Assembly (NCBI GenBank): GCA_951406725.2
Contig: OX597832.1
Coordinates: 496,001 to 560,000, forward strand
Length of the DNA stretch: 64,000 bases
From: Octopus vulgaris
Taxonomy: Eukaryota
Direction of reading: 5' to 3'
Positions 31,466-44,763 of this stretch are shown one piece after another. How positions within the stretch are numbered: position 1 is the stretch's first letter; each line of letters opens with the position of its first letter. Both the position numbers and the translations under genes were made by a program. The notes beneath the pieces were generated by a model. It did no database searches. It was not told the origin of the DNA and saw nothing but the letters and a program-made list of their open reading frames with translations.

Positions 31466-32714
31466 TTGTTTTGTGGGAAGGTCACTATGTCCCAATATTA
31501 TTTTGGTTTTGTGAGAAAGTAGCTATGTCTCAATATATCCTAAGTTCAAATTTTCTGAAGTTCGAGTTTTGTCATTCCTCCTGGCATCGAAAAAATATGC
31601 ATTAGTCGGTTACGGGAATAGATTTGATACTTTCTCCTATAAGCAGTATCAAAGTTGGAAATAATTTTTCTCGGGTATAGAATAGAGTAATAGGCAGCAG
31701 AGTTGTTGTCTAAGCAGTTAACATAGTTCCGATTTCCTCATGGCCCCACCAGATTCGTTTTATGGTGAAGGACAGGTGGAAATGTCAGAATGAGTATTTA
31801 GTTTCGTCCCACGGAATTATAATTATAATTATTTAATGATGGTTTAATGATGGCGGATTGAATTAAATATGGAAGATTATCGAATTAAAAGCTTAACATG
31901 TTATTGTATTAGACATTGAATTTTATGTATACAATTATAACTTTTATAATGAATTGAACTCTTTCACCTTTTATATATTTGATCTCTTCAACCATTTCCT
32001 TAAGGAAAGAAGGCAATGTCCATGACCTTTTGCTTTTTAGAGCCTCCGAAACAGGTAGGAAGTTATCCTCAAACTGGAGACCTGCGTGGTCCAAATACTT
32101 GCAATGCAATGAACTCCACTAGAAGCACCGAAGGACCAGGGCGATCGATTAAGTTTACCATACAAGAATTAATACCTCAAAGAGCCGGAAGCAAATATCG
32201 CGAACAATTTTGTCTTATGTTGTAACAATTCTACCAATTCATTGATAATTAAATTTATAGTTTTAGTTTGGGTGGATATGGCCTACCTTATTTCAAAGAA
32301 TTTCTAAGCAGTCGCTCAACCAGCTAAAAATGACATTTTCCAAGAAATCACTCTTAACCGTCTTAAGGAGAGTTACATCGAAGAGTATGTACAAAAATCT
32401 ACAAAACGACCGGATAATCACAACGAAAAAAACAAACGTTGCAGCCTAGAGACCGCGTACCTGATTATCAATCACTGAGAGCCACTAGAACATAACTTAT
32501 TAAAACACGCAAAAATATATAGCACAAAGAAATACACAATAATTACACAGTTATCGTCATGTAATTATCACATAGAGTGCACCTTCCTCAGTATTTTGTA
32601 ACTGACATATTGTTGTCACTCTATAGTTATATAGTACAGCATATTAACTCCAACGTTTAATTACAGTACAAAAAACAGTCATATTACAGTAGCTTCGAAT
32701 TATTTCAACACACA

Positions 32715-32763
32715 CACTCACAACACAAACACACACACACACACACACACACACTCGCACGCC

Positions 32764-32850
<87 letters not shown>
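32715..32850. repeat. (CA)n/(CACG)n microsatellite
   Basis: Directly visible. Confidence 0.95.
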
Positions 32851-32852
<2 letters not shown>

Positions 32853-33050
32853 CAAATCATTATATCAGTCATGCAAATAGCTACACAACATGTTTTTAAA
32901 ACCTACATGCATATTGCTGCTGGAGCATGTTATTACTAAACTCTATATTCTGACAACAGACGGGCGATAGCAAAATTTTATTGAAATCAAGAGACAGTAA
33001 AATGAACACCTACTTGTAACAGAGTTACATGTTATTAAAAACATAATACA

Positions 33051-33223
33051 CAGGCGCAGTCCCAGGAATTTTTCGAAAGAGGGGCACAAGGTCGGAAGGG
33101 AATACAATTCCAGGAGAAAAGGGCGTAATAACGTTAGTTAGAAGGGCGCACTTCTTTTCTTGAGGGGGGCACACGCCCCTCAGTCCGCCCTCCCTCAGCC
33201 ACCCTCCCTTGGGTCTGGACCTG
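33051..33223. mobile_element. Small MITE with imperfect TIRs
   Basis: Left CAGGCGCAGTCCCAGG vs reverse complement of right end CAGGTCCAGACCCAAG; ATACA on both flanks; G/C-rich interior. Confidence 0.6.
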
Positions 33224-33321
33224 ATACATGTAATACAGACACATAATACATGTAATTCAACAACAACAGTGAATGCTGTATATTATACAACACGTGTAAT
33301 AGACAAAAACTTACCAACTGA

Positions 33322-35540
33322 TGTTGCTTCTGTGTTACATGTAGCTTTTGCCTCGGTTAGTGGCGTGTTCGAGCAAGGCTGATCTGGAACCCCACAACAG
33401 TGGCATATAATAAAGAAACAACAAGAACATCTAAGAGAGGCAAACGAGAATACAAGACAAAGAGGACAAATCTGACAGATTCAACAGTTACATGCATCGA
33501 AGAAAAAGTTACCTCTAGCAAAGAGACTGCTCGCTGCTTTTATTTAACGCGTAAATTACATTTAACATACAGTTCAGTGTAACACACAGAAGTGGGGGGT
33601 GTCTATATGTAATACATGCAACACAATTGCGAGTTCTGCTTCAAAGGAAGGGAACACCTAAGATCCTGCAATTAGTGACGTATCCAATAGAGTGGAAACG
33701 GTTATCATTTTTCCAAACCATTACTCCAATTCCCTCCCCAGTAAACACCACTTTTGATCATAGGTCTAAGCAAATAGCTGACTTGGGGAAACAACAATAA
33801 CATCAGCCGTATCTGGCGTGAGAATTCCCTGATTATGTCGTGCGCCTGTGAATTCCAGCTGTCTTTCGTTTATGGGACCTAATATCCCTATCTCAGCAGA
33901 GTGCATCGATAGGAGTATCTATGATTTGCATTTGACCAAAATTCACTATTTCCACCTGGCCCGTATGCAGCTCTGCAGAAGCGTCTTGTGCTCCATCTTC
34001 CGAGCATCTCTCTCAGCTGCTCTGAGTGAAAAAAACTGCGCTGTTGTTCCAAGAACACCCCATTCAGAACTTCTGCGATTTTGGCAGCAGTCTCCACCCT
34101 GATTTTTCTCCATATAACCATTCGTCCCTATCCATAGTCGACCATTGAAAGTATATCTTTCTCCGATAGTGCGTCGCGTCAATGGCTAGCCACTTCTAGT
34201 CTCCTACCTGAATCTTTCCTGGTTTGTGTGCGTGCGGGGCAAGATCGATCGATTGGTACCTGTTGCAATTCCCCACTGTTTTTCGAACGCTCTCCCTGGT
34301 GACATCGGGGTCGACATTCCTAGCCAAAACAAACGTCCTGTCAACCTCCACGTGCTGCATGTTGTGCAGTCTCTTAAGCTTTGTGCCCTCCAGCTGACAT
34401 ATCGCTGCTACCCCACTTGGAAATCCGCTATTGTTTCCAATCAATTCCTTTTCACTCTGTTTAGAATGTCCGCCTTATTCTTTTCTGAGGGCACGAACAC
34501 CACATGCAGCTCCAGATCGAACTCGACAGCTACCCCCCTCAGGATTCCCAAGCAACGTTTAATCACCATTTCTGCAGCCCCTTTCGTGCAGATCCTCTTC
34601 CGGTTGGTGATCTCTAACTCTTCCCACTCTCGCACTGTGACAGAATCAGTCCGGACCTCGACGATTACTCTCAATGCTATGCTGCTTGCGTCGCACCACA
34701 CAGTCCCTTTCTTTGTATCAGGCACGTACCAGCTACCCTTCACTGGGTGTCCCGCTCGCACTCTCTCCAAGACCACTTGCATCATCACCATCCACTTTAT
34801 CACCCCAGTTCATTCCCTCTGCTTGCATTTTGACATAACTACATGCTGTCCGGAGCAATCCTGCGACAGGATAGTTACCCACCAACTTCCCACACTTTGA
34901 GAAAAGCTCTCACCTATTCATATTCTGATTTAGATCCGGGATCTCATTTCCTCTGTGAAACACAAGCCTACCCACTTTGTCTCTTTCGAGCCAGAGCCCC
35001 AGCGTATTACCTCCTGCTATAGCCTCTGTTGGTTTTGTTGTTAGCTCGAACCGCCTAAGATGGTCCACGATTTCCTCTTCTACATTCTCATCTGCCAAGA
35101 TATCATCGATATATGAGCTGGTAGCCTGCTTCACTTTGACCTCTTTGCCCAAAACCGCTTTGAGGACCTTCACCATGATCTTCGGCGCCGAAACTCAGTC
35201 GAGTCAGGTAGTTCGTTCTGCCCATGTACCGTACTAGTAGGTACTTCCACAACTTCTCTGATACATGGAGCTGCAGATAGGTCGACTTGAGGCTGAAGAT
35301 TGTAGTCGCCACCCTCATTCACCTCCACTCACCCCTGTCCCGTCAACCGTCACACCTCCTAATCGAATGATCATGTCCGTTCCGACCACTACATCGACGC
35401 CGTCCACCATTTCATCAATTACAATCACCTGCAGCCTCAACACGGACCCCTGTATCTCCATTTCCACATCGCTGATGCCTCTACATTTGACCTCCCTACC
35501 ATCTACCGCTCTGAGCAATTTATCTACCCAATTCTCACCG
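33322..35540 (-). mobile_element. Decayed Gypsy-type LTR retrotransposon (PR-RT-RH-IN order) with PPT and probable 3' LTR at about 33322-33728
   Basis: Protease-like LRAVDG..DVVVGTDMI; RT LKSTYLQL..TSSYIDDIL; RNase H VWCDASSIAL; integrase zinc-finger remnant; polypurine TGGGGAGGGA (33731-33740 minus) before TG; AATAAA inside the putative LTR. Confidence 0.82.
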
Positions 35541-35872
35541 CCTCCCTATTTCCATAAGAAACACTTTCAACTCAACATGATGTAAGCATCATCAAATATT
35601 TTCATCAGCCTTGTATATGCTGCACATCTGTATTAGCCTCTACCTTTCTCTCTACATTGCTCTCAGCCAAGCAAACCTTTGTCTTTTGGTTGAGCATCTT
35701 GGACTCCCTATTTTAGTACTTTACGTGTTAGCCGGTCACATGCTCCAGCCATCAACATCTACACTTCAGTACATTTTTTTCTGCTTTCCTAATTTACTCT
35801 TTCCTGTTTTTCTATTACTCTTTCACAACCTCACTCATTCTCTCATTTGTTGCAACGCCCTCCACCAAATTT

Positions 35873-35873
<1 letters not shown>

Positions 35874-35965
<92 letters not shown>
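35874..35965. repeat. (TCTG)n-(TC)n-(TATC)n
   Basis: Directly visible. Confidence 0.95.
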
Positions 35966-36869
35966 TTCACCCTCCCCCCACAATCTTCTCACTTTCTATC
36001 TCCTCCTCTCATTTCTTACTTTACCTTCCATCTTCTCTCAATCACTCTCTATTCTTGCTGTCTTTTCTTTTTATCTCTTTTTCTCTCTTCTTCTCTTCTT
36101 GTTCCCCTTTATGCTCCTCCCTTTTATCCAAATTTTTTAATTCACTTTTCACATACTCCTCCTTTTCTGTGCTTTTCATAGCTTTCTCTCTCTTTCTACT
36201 ATTCAACACTGTCACCTTGTATCCCTATCTTCTTTCTTTTTCTTGTCCAACTCTTCCATTATTACCCCCTCCCATATTTATACGTTCTCTCCCTCCAGTT
36301 GACCTCTTTCATACAGGTTGGCAATTTATCTACCCAATTATTAACATTTTTATCGTGCGAACTCTCATAAGTAGTCTGATAGCATTCAACGTATACAATA
36401 TTTTGTAAATATCAATTCAATTTGAAAAAAAAAAGTGTTTGATGCATGAAACGAGCCCCTTAACACAACGCGTATATATAAACACACGCTTGCACACACA
36501 CATTTGCATATACATGTATATTGCATTCATAAGATATAAACCCCTTGTGTTTGTATGTAAAAAAACAACAATAATGTTAATTAACCAGAGACGGCTGCAT
36601 CCACGTTGAAATAAAATACTGGAGACAACCTAGGACATGTTTTGCACTCAACAGACTTCTTCGGTGAAGTAGAGCTTAGCGAATTTGTTGTTGCTGGTTG
36701 ACAGTATTATAACCAGAGTTGGAATGAAACATTAGCATATTGTGTCATAGAATTAACTGAAATATTATTTGTTCTTTTCTTAACTCAGAATATTTATGAT
36801 TAGATCTAATGTTCTACATTAAATATGCACTTCTTTCTTTGTATATATGCATGTGTGTGTATCTTCTAT

Positions 36870-37085
36870 CTTTTAGTTGTTTCAACCATTAGACGGCGGC
36901 CATGCTGGGGCACAACCTTTAATAATTTTAGTCCAACGATTCGAGCCCAGTACTTATTTTATGTGTATTTGTAAAGCCTGATATTTATCCTATCGGTCTG
37001 CTTCGCCGAACCGATAAGTTACGGAGATGTAAACACACCAACACCGGTTGTCAAGCGGTGAGGGTGGAGACAAACACAAACACTT
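36870..37085 (-). mobile_element. 3' half of the 25454-family SINE
   Basis: Reverse complement of TTGACAACCGGTGTTGGTGTGTTTAC...CCAGCATGGCCG...GAAACAA. Confidence 0.75.
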
Positions 37086-37289
37086 CGTGTTTACAAACAC
37101 ACGCACCTAAATATACACACCTGATTACAAAGTTCACGCATGAATAAATTCTGAACAATAACATAACCTAAAATTTAATCAATAAAATTTTCTCCGCAAC
37201 ACCTCTCCATCACAACCTAATTACCATTCAACTAGATCCCACAAATCCCATAAAACTTTTATATAAAGCTAAGATTAATTTAATGTATC

Positions 37290-37334
37290 ACAGTCTGATG
37301 ATGGCTTAGCAGGCCGAAACTTAGAAGGCACTGT
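37290..37334 (+). ncRNA. Type I hammerhead-like motif in a probable PLE 3' remnant (about 37120-37450)
   Basis: ACAGT-CTGATGA-T-GGCTTAGCAGGCC-GAAA-CTTAGAAG-GC-ACTGT; all three stems present; cleavage triplet GGC instead of GTC. Confidence 0.75.
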
Positions 37335-37454
37335 CACTTCTATTCTTATTAAAGAATAACAAATTTGTACTATACAGAAGTATAGAGTATCCCTTTTGAT
37401 TCATGTGAAATTGTTTTATTTGTAAGCGAACTTAAAAGCAAACATTGATATAGA

Positions 37455-38370
37455 CTAGCGGGACCCGTGAATATTTCACGGAATTAATAGTAAACCTACT
37501 GGGTTATTCCTGAAAACTTTATCCAAAAATCTGAAAGCGTAGCCTGTATTGTGTCTATATGGAAAGATAGTGGTTCATCTGCTACTTATTGAAAAGTTAA
37601 AGAAATTGGAATACGATGATTAATTAATGCACTTTATATACTTTATTCACAATTTTATAGACTTAATACACAGCACTCATAAAATGAATATTCACTCTTA
37701 TTTTTCCATTTCCCCCATAAACAAAAACAGTCCCGTACTTATGATACAACCTTTTGCTAAATTGCAAATATCTGCCACGTAAATAAGCGTGAATATTTTA
37801 CGGAATTGCACTTATGCGCATGCGTTAAGTAGTAGGTGACATAAAAAAAACTTAGTTCCATTTTAAAAAAATACACTTTTTACTATCCAATCACCTCCAC
37901 TACAACCTCCATCCCCCCACCATCATCTCTCTCCTCCTCCTCCTCTTCCTCCTCTCTCTCTCTCTCCCTCCACTCTCTCTCTCCTGCCCCTTTCTCTCAC
38001 CATCAGAACATCACCCATCTGATAAAATTATTATGTTCCCCTACCACACGTCATAGACACTTCTCTCTCTCTCTCTTCTCTCTCTGTCTTTTTATCTCTC
38101 TCTTTCCTTCTCCCTCTTTCTGTCTCACTCTTCGCCTTATCCTCTTTTTCTCTCTCCTTTTCTTTCTCCTCTCTTTCCCTTCAGCTAATCACGTGAAAGC
38201 GTTACAATGACATTCCATCTACCTCATGTCATGAACGCTTGTCTCTCCCTCTTTTTCTCACTCTCTCTTTTTCTTCCTTCCTCTTTTTCTCTTTCCCTCT
38301 TTTTCTCTAATCACATGAAAGCGTTACCGACGGGCTAAGTAACGCAATGATAGGCAGAATTACTATAAGA
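37455..38370 (-). mobile_element. Non-autonomous Helitron-like element
   Basis: Minus strand ends CTAG|T preceded by a CCGTGAA/TTCACGG hairpin; candidate A|TC start near 38370; (CT)-rich interior. Confidence 0.6.
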
Positions 38371-38398
38371 TGTAAAGATAGATGAGTGTTTTTGTATG

Positions 38399-38430
<32 letters not shown>

Positions 38431-38664
38431 GTTAATTTAAGCCGGTTCAGTGTGCTTGTTATTCTGGATATTCTACAGCGTGCTGTCACTTCTTCAGGTC
38501 AAAAGACACCTCACTCAAATTTGATTATGAAAACAATGTGGAAGGAAAAAATACGTGTTGACCATGAAAGTAACAACAGCGAAAGTAGCAGTGATAAGAT
38601 TGGCTAAAAAAAAAAAAAAGAGTGATGAGAATAATGGTGATGATGAAAATAATAATTCTTTGAA

Positions 38665-38850
38665 ATTTTGGCACAAGGCCAGCAGTGTTAAGAAGAGATG
38701 TTAGTCGATTAGATCGACCCCAGTACTGAAATGGTACTTACTTTAACGAACCCGGAAAGATGAAAGACAAAGTCGACCTTGACGAGGTTTGAAATCAGGG
38801 CCGGAAGATATGCTGCGAACAATTTTTCCGACACGCTAACGACGTTTGCC
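38665..38850 (-). mobile_element. Nin/Deu-domain-like SINE
   Basis: Reverse complement of GGTCGACTTTGTCTTTCATCTTTCCGGG...AAGTACC. Confidence 0.7.
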
Positions 38851-39050
38851 TTAACGATAATAAACGTGAGGTATTTCAAAGAACACAAAAATTTACTATA
38901 GGAAGTTGGAATTACTAGTATCATAGAAGGACACAACTGACGGCCATACTCAGAACAGCGTATGCCTTAAGGAAAGTGATGTGCCGCTAAGCTGCGAGAA
39001 CTGAGACATGAAATAGAAAACCCAGAATATAAAAATCTGGAGAGAATCGC

Positions 39051-39089
<39 letters not shown>

Positions 39090-39093
<4 letters not shown>

Positions 39094-39877
39094 GGATGAG
39101 CACAAACCGCAGAGAATGATGGAGTCGGAGACTAGCAAAATCCTCTGGGATTTTTCAATCCAAACAAATCAGGTGCTAGAGCATAACAGACCGGGCATAT
39201 TTGTGGTGGACAAGGTGCACCACATATGCTATATAGTTGATGTTGCATTCTCCGTTGATCCACGAATAGTCAAGAAGGAAGGCGAAAAGATATATTTATA
39301 CAACCCTCTTAAATACGAAATAGCCCAGCTATGGAAAATGAAGAAGGTGAAGATAGTGCCAGTTATTGTTGGGTCCCTTAGGAGCAGTATCAGAAGGCAT
39401 CAAGAGGAATATAAAGGAAACTGGAATAGAGTTCCCAGTAGAAGTGTTACAAACGTTTTGCCTCCTTGGCACGGCCAGAATAATCAGGAAAGTATAAGAT
39501 AGCCGAAAAGAAAGAATAGCATCGTACCATAGACTGCAGGTAGTAAGTCCGCTACGCATGCAAGACTCCAACAAAATCTGTGATAAAGCGATAATGTGGG
39601 AAATACACAGGTTCTGGGCAATGAAGAGTGTGGACGTAATAGTAATAGTAATTGGTGCGCTTGGAAGTATCAACACTCAACTGCCAGCATGGGTTAAAAA
39701 GATAGGTAAAAATGTAGAGATAGAACACCAATAAAGATCACCATTACTTGGAACTGTAAGAGTTCTCCGCAGGGTTCTTGAAGAATGATCAGTAAACAAG
39801 TGTTACCTTAGTCTACTGGTTGTGGCCAGCTGATACTTTCCATCATACCCAGTAGAATAAGCTGAAACTTTTTATTA

Positions 39878-39878
<1 letters not shown>
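39090..39878 (+). mobile_element. Two tandem R4/Dong-like LINE 3' fragments (RLE domain) between (TAA)n tracts
   Basis: KILWDFSIQTNQVLEHNRPGI..IVDVA..KIVPVIVGSL; a second IVIGALG fragment from about 39590; (TAA)n at 39051-39090 and 39879-40000. Confidence 0.8.
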
Positions 39879-39945
<67 letters not shown>

Positions 39946-39946
39946 A

Positions 39947-40001
<55 letters not shown>

Positions 40002-40003
<2 letters not shown>

Positions 40004-40468
40004 CATGTCGTGTATGCCGACAACAAAATGAAACCATTGATCATGTCTCCAAATGCAGTCTTCTAGCGCCTACAGAGTACCTCAATAGGCATGATAGAGC
40101 TGCACAATATATTCACTGGGTAATTTGCAAAAACCTGGATTTGACCCATGAAAAAAAATGGTGGGAACACAATCCACCTCCAGTGCTTGAAAATGACCAC
40201 ATCTCACTCCTCTGGAACTTCACCATTCAAACTGACAGAAAGATAGATGCAAATAGGCCAGACATTATTTTGAAAGACTTCAGACAAAGAACATGCCTCC
40301 TCATTGATATGACTGTCCCAATCGATATAAACGTATCTGTCAAGACCTACCAAAAACTGAACAAATATAAAGATCTTGAAATAGAAATAAGCAAAATGTG
40401 GAACCTGAAGACTAAAACAATACCTGTTGTCATAGGTGCCCTGGGAATGATAGCGAAAGGGACTGATA
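40002..40468 (+). mobile_element. R4/Dong-like fragment near-identical to 46911-47378
   Basis: WWEHNPPPVLENDHISLLWNFTIQTDRKIDANRPDII..IDMTVP..KYKDL. Confidence 0.9.
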
Positions 40469-41189
40469 AAGACGCACTGTATAAGAATCCATTTCAACAA
40501 TATTTTAAAATAAGTTAGTGTTTATTAATGTACACTTTTAATTGACACCAAACTCTTACACTTGAGATTCGTTCTTCCAATTTTATGTCAAAAATAAATT
40601 CTAGAGATTTTTCTCTAGATAGATATTCTCTTTATGGACATCGTTCTAAATATTTCTTTTAGAAAAGTAGAAAGTCTGAACAGAAGTCTCATTAGTTCTT
40701 TCTGTGACATTTTGTAAGTAACATATCAATAGGCCACCGATTCACACACGCGCGCGTGAAACAAAAGCATTAGAATCGATATTTACTGTACGTGTCGTGC
40801 AAGATATTACGTTTCCTTGCACCATTACTCAATAATCTTTTGTCTACTACTGATTAATGCTTGTATGTAGTTAAATGAAGTCATATGTCTATGCATGATA
40901 ATTTAAGAGAACACACATCTTATGTATATAGCCTGCTTACATGCTAAATACATTCATATACTGTCAGACATAAAAATAAGAACATATACATTCAAATATT
41001 TTCAGACTTATTCACACATATACAAACATTTATATAACACACATAGACACACATAGACAGACTAAAATAATAACACGTGCGGTCACACTTATTCATATTT
41101 AAACTGAACATAACGGAGTATTTTAATTGAAGATATTGTATTTAAAGTTATGATAGTGTGTGACTGCACGTTACACCAGAAATAATGCA

Positions 41190-41400
41190 CGAGAAGGAGA
41201 AGGAGGAGGGGGAGGAAGAAGAGAAGAAGAAGGTGGTGGAGGAGGAGGAGGAGGAGGAGGAGAAGAGGAAGAAAAAGAAGAAGAAGAAGAAGAAGAAGAA
41301 GAAGGTGGAGGAGGAGGAGGAGAAGAAGGTGGAGAAGAAGAAGAAGAAGAAGAAGAAGAAGAAGAAGAAGAAGAAGAAGAAGAAGAAGAAGAAGAAGAAG
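41190..41400. repeat. (GAA)n/(GGA)n polypurine tract
   Basis: Directly visible. Confidence 0.95.
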
Positions 41401-42134
41401 ACTGTTCTTTTCTCCATTTGCAAGGAGAATAAGCAGCATATGAGAGATGCATCATTGCTCGGAGCTGAAGTTTTGTGACAATTTCTGTTTTTTTAGAGGT
41501 GTGGCTTACTTTATGTCTGACCTTGATGCTTTCTTCCCTGCTTTCTTTTCCTTCCTATCACTTATCTCGTTATATGTGCAACCTTTTTTCTAACAAACAT
41601 AGGCAACCTCCAAAAATGTAAGTGTGTAAGAAACAGAACACTAGTTGCTGCAGCAAACAGTGATAGAAGCAACATGTGGTTGAGGAGTGCCGGTTTAGAT
41701 GGAAGATTGGAGAAAGTGGTTACGGGAAGCAGAGGGAGGCAAAGAAAGAAAGCAAACTGATGTAATATAATATAAGTAGCAAAGTATATGAATAAATAGG
41801 CTAATATACAGTCATAGAATGTACAAGCAGCGACAACTACAACTTGATAATGTTATGGCAATAACTAAAGTATCAAATACAGATAACGAAGTATTAAGAT
41901 TAAGAATCAGCATGCAGTGTCATCATAAAGTAGATGCTTTGGGTGCTACAGTACCGGGGCCCACGATCCCCCTGGGAAAAGAGACATAAATGAATATTTC
42001 GAGAGGGATGGGGTAAGACCTCTCAGTACCCGAAGATGGCGCAGCCTGTAGGCAGAATGTAAACGGAAGCAACTAATCTTTTCAAGCCATATAGTTTAGA
42101 ACTCTTATTACTTCAGATGGGCGCCATCGAGGAA

Positions 42135-43172
<1,038 letters not shown>

Positions 43173-43177
43173 TAAAT

Positions 43178-43731
43178 ACCCTGATGTTGTACAAGGCAGT
43201 GGCTCTCGTGGCTTCTGATCTTAACTGATTGGAAGTGTTATCTTGTACATTGTTTTGGCTTGGTATAAAAAATGGGCTACAGCAAATATTCTGCTCAATA
43301 CCACAGATTTGCTTGTCAATTGTTTGACCTTAACCAGTTGACCATGTCCCTTAGTGGCTGACGATATGTGCATCTCTGATCACGAGCAGAAGTAGTGGGG
43401 TAGCATCATAGCTGTGTGTTGAAAGGAATTCCTAGAGGTTTGGATAATTCACCTCTGGAAACATGGGTGTTTCGTTCAACATCCTTAAACAACCCTTATT
43501 CAGGGACCGTTTGAGCGGCATGGGTTACTCGACCAGAAGAAAATTCTAACTGGGCCCCACCTGCAAGGTCATGCGCTGTTTATCTTGATATGAGATCACC
43601 ATGTCACGCACATATGGTTGTGATGCATGTGTCTACTGTACCCTTATCAGACGGGTAGTCATGATGGGTATCCGGGGCTTTGAATGATTTACCCCAGTAT
43701 CACTTGGATGGCATGCACTGCTCTCTCACTC
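43178..43731. mobile_element. Unclassified probable interspersed repeat bounded by (TAA)n
   Basis: Sharp boundaries with TAA repeats on both sides; no coding motif recognised; single copy in this window. Confidence 0.4.
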
Positions 43732-43753
43732 AATAATAATAACAATGATAATA

Positions 43754-43806
<53 letters not shown>

Positions 43807-44690
43807 AGCAAACAAGCTGATGTCGACCAGAAACACTCGCATCAATGGTTACGAAGCTCAGAGCTAAAAGCAGAGAGTGAAGGTTTCATATTGGCTGCTC
43901 AAGACCAAAGCTTATTAACCCGGAACTACATAGCCAATGTGATAAAAAATAGAACTGACCCAAAATGACGATTCTGTAACGATGAGATTGAAACTATAGA
44001 TCGCATTATTTCAGGGTGTATAGTCTTAGCACCTGTAGAATATAAAGCAAGATATGACAGAGTCAGCCTGTATTTACACAGGACATGTCGGCATTATAAA
44101 ATCAAAACCGCTGACAAATCTTATAAACACCATCCTGAAGCTGTGACTGAGGGAGAAAATGTGTCGATTCTCTGGGACTTCCCCATACATACCGACAAAA
44201 CTATAAAAGCTAATAAACCGGATATTATTATAAAAGATCAGACAAAAAAGGTGTGTTTATTAATCGACATGAGTATTCCTTGCGATCACAATATAGCGGC
44301 GAAAGAATTTGACAAGATCAGTAAATATAAAGACTTGGTAATAGAAATCGAAAAAATGTGTCATCTCAAGGTGACTACAGTACCAGTGATTGTAGTATCT
44401 CTAGGAATGATAAAAAAAAAGGTACTGAAACCTATTTGAAAATGATACTATTTGAAAACATCCCTACAAGAAGTGCAAAAAATCGTGTTAACTGGAGCGA
44501 CTCATGTATTGAGAAGAACATTATCGCTGTGAAAACAACATCCATTCATGAATTTATTTATTTTTTAATATTTTTAATATTTTTAAATTCATATTTTACC
44601 TGTGAATTTGCATGTGTAATCTGGGCTTCTCTGCCCAACGTGTACGGAAAACACTCGGTGAGAAATGGAAGAAAATTTGAAGAAAGGAAG
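43807..44690 (+). mobile_element. R4/Dong-like LINE 3' fragment, second subfamily
   Basis: HQWLRSSELKAESEGFILAAQDQSLLTRNY..ILWDFPIHTDKTIKANKPDII..IDMSIP..KYKDL; ends in (TAA)n. Confidence 0.88.
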
Positions 44691-44691
44691 A

Positions 44692-44761
<70 letters not shown>

Positions 44762-44763
44762 GT

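Noticed and set aside
35611-36408. 265-aa hydrophobic membrane-like ORF
   Set aside because: Product of a pyrimidine-rich low-complexity tract including (CT)n.
36618-36670. Hammerhead on the minus strand (CCGAAGA..AAAAC..GTC)
   Set aside because: Needs multiple core substitutions, and stems I and II pair poorly.
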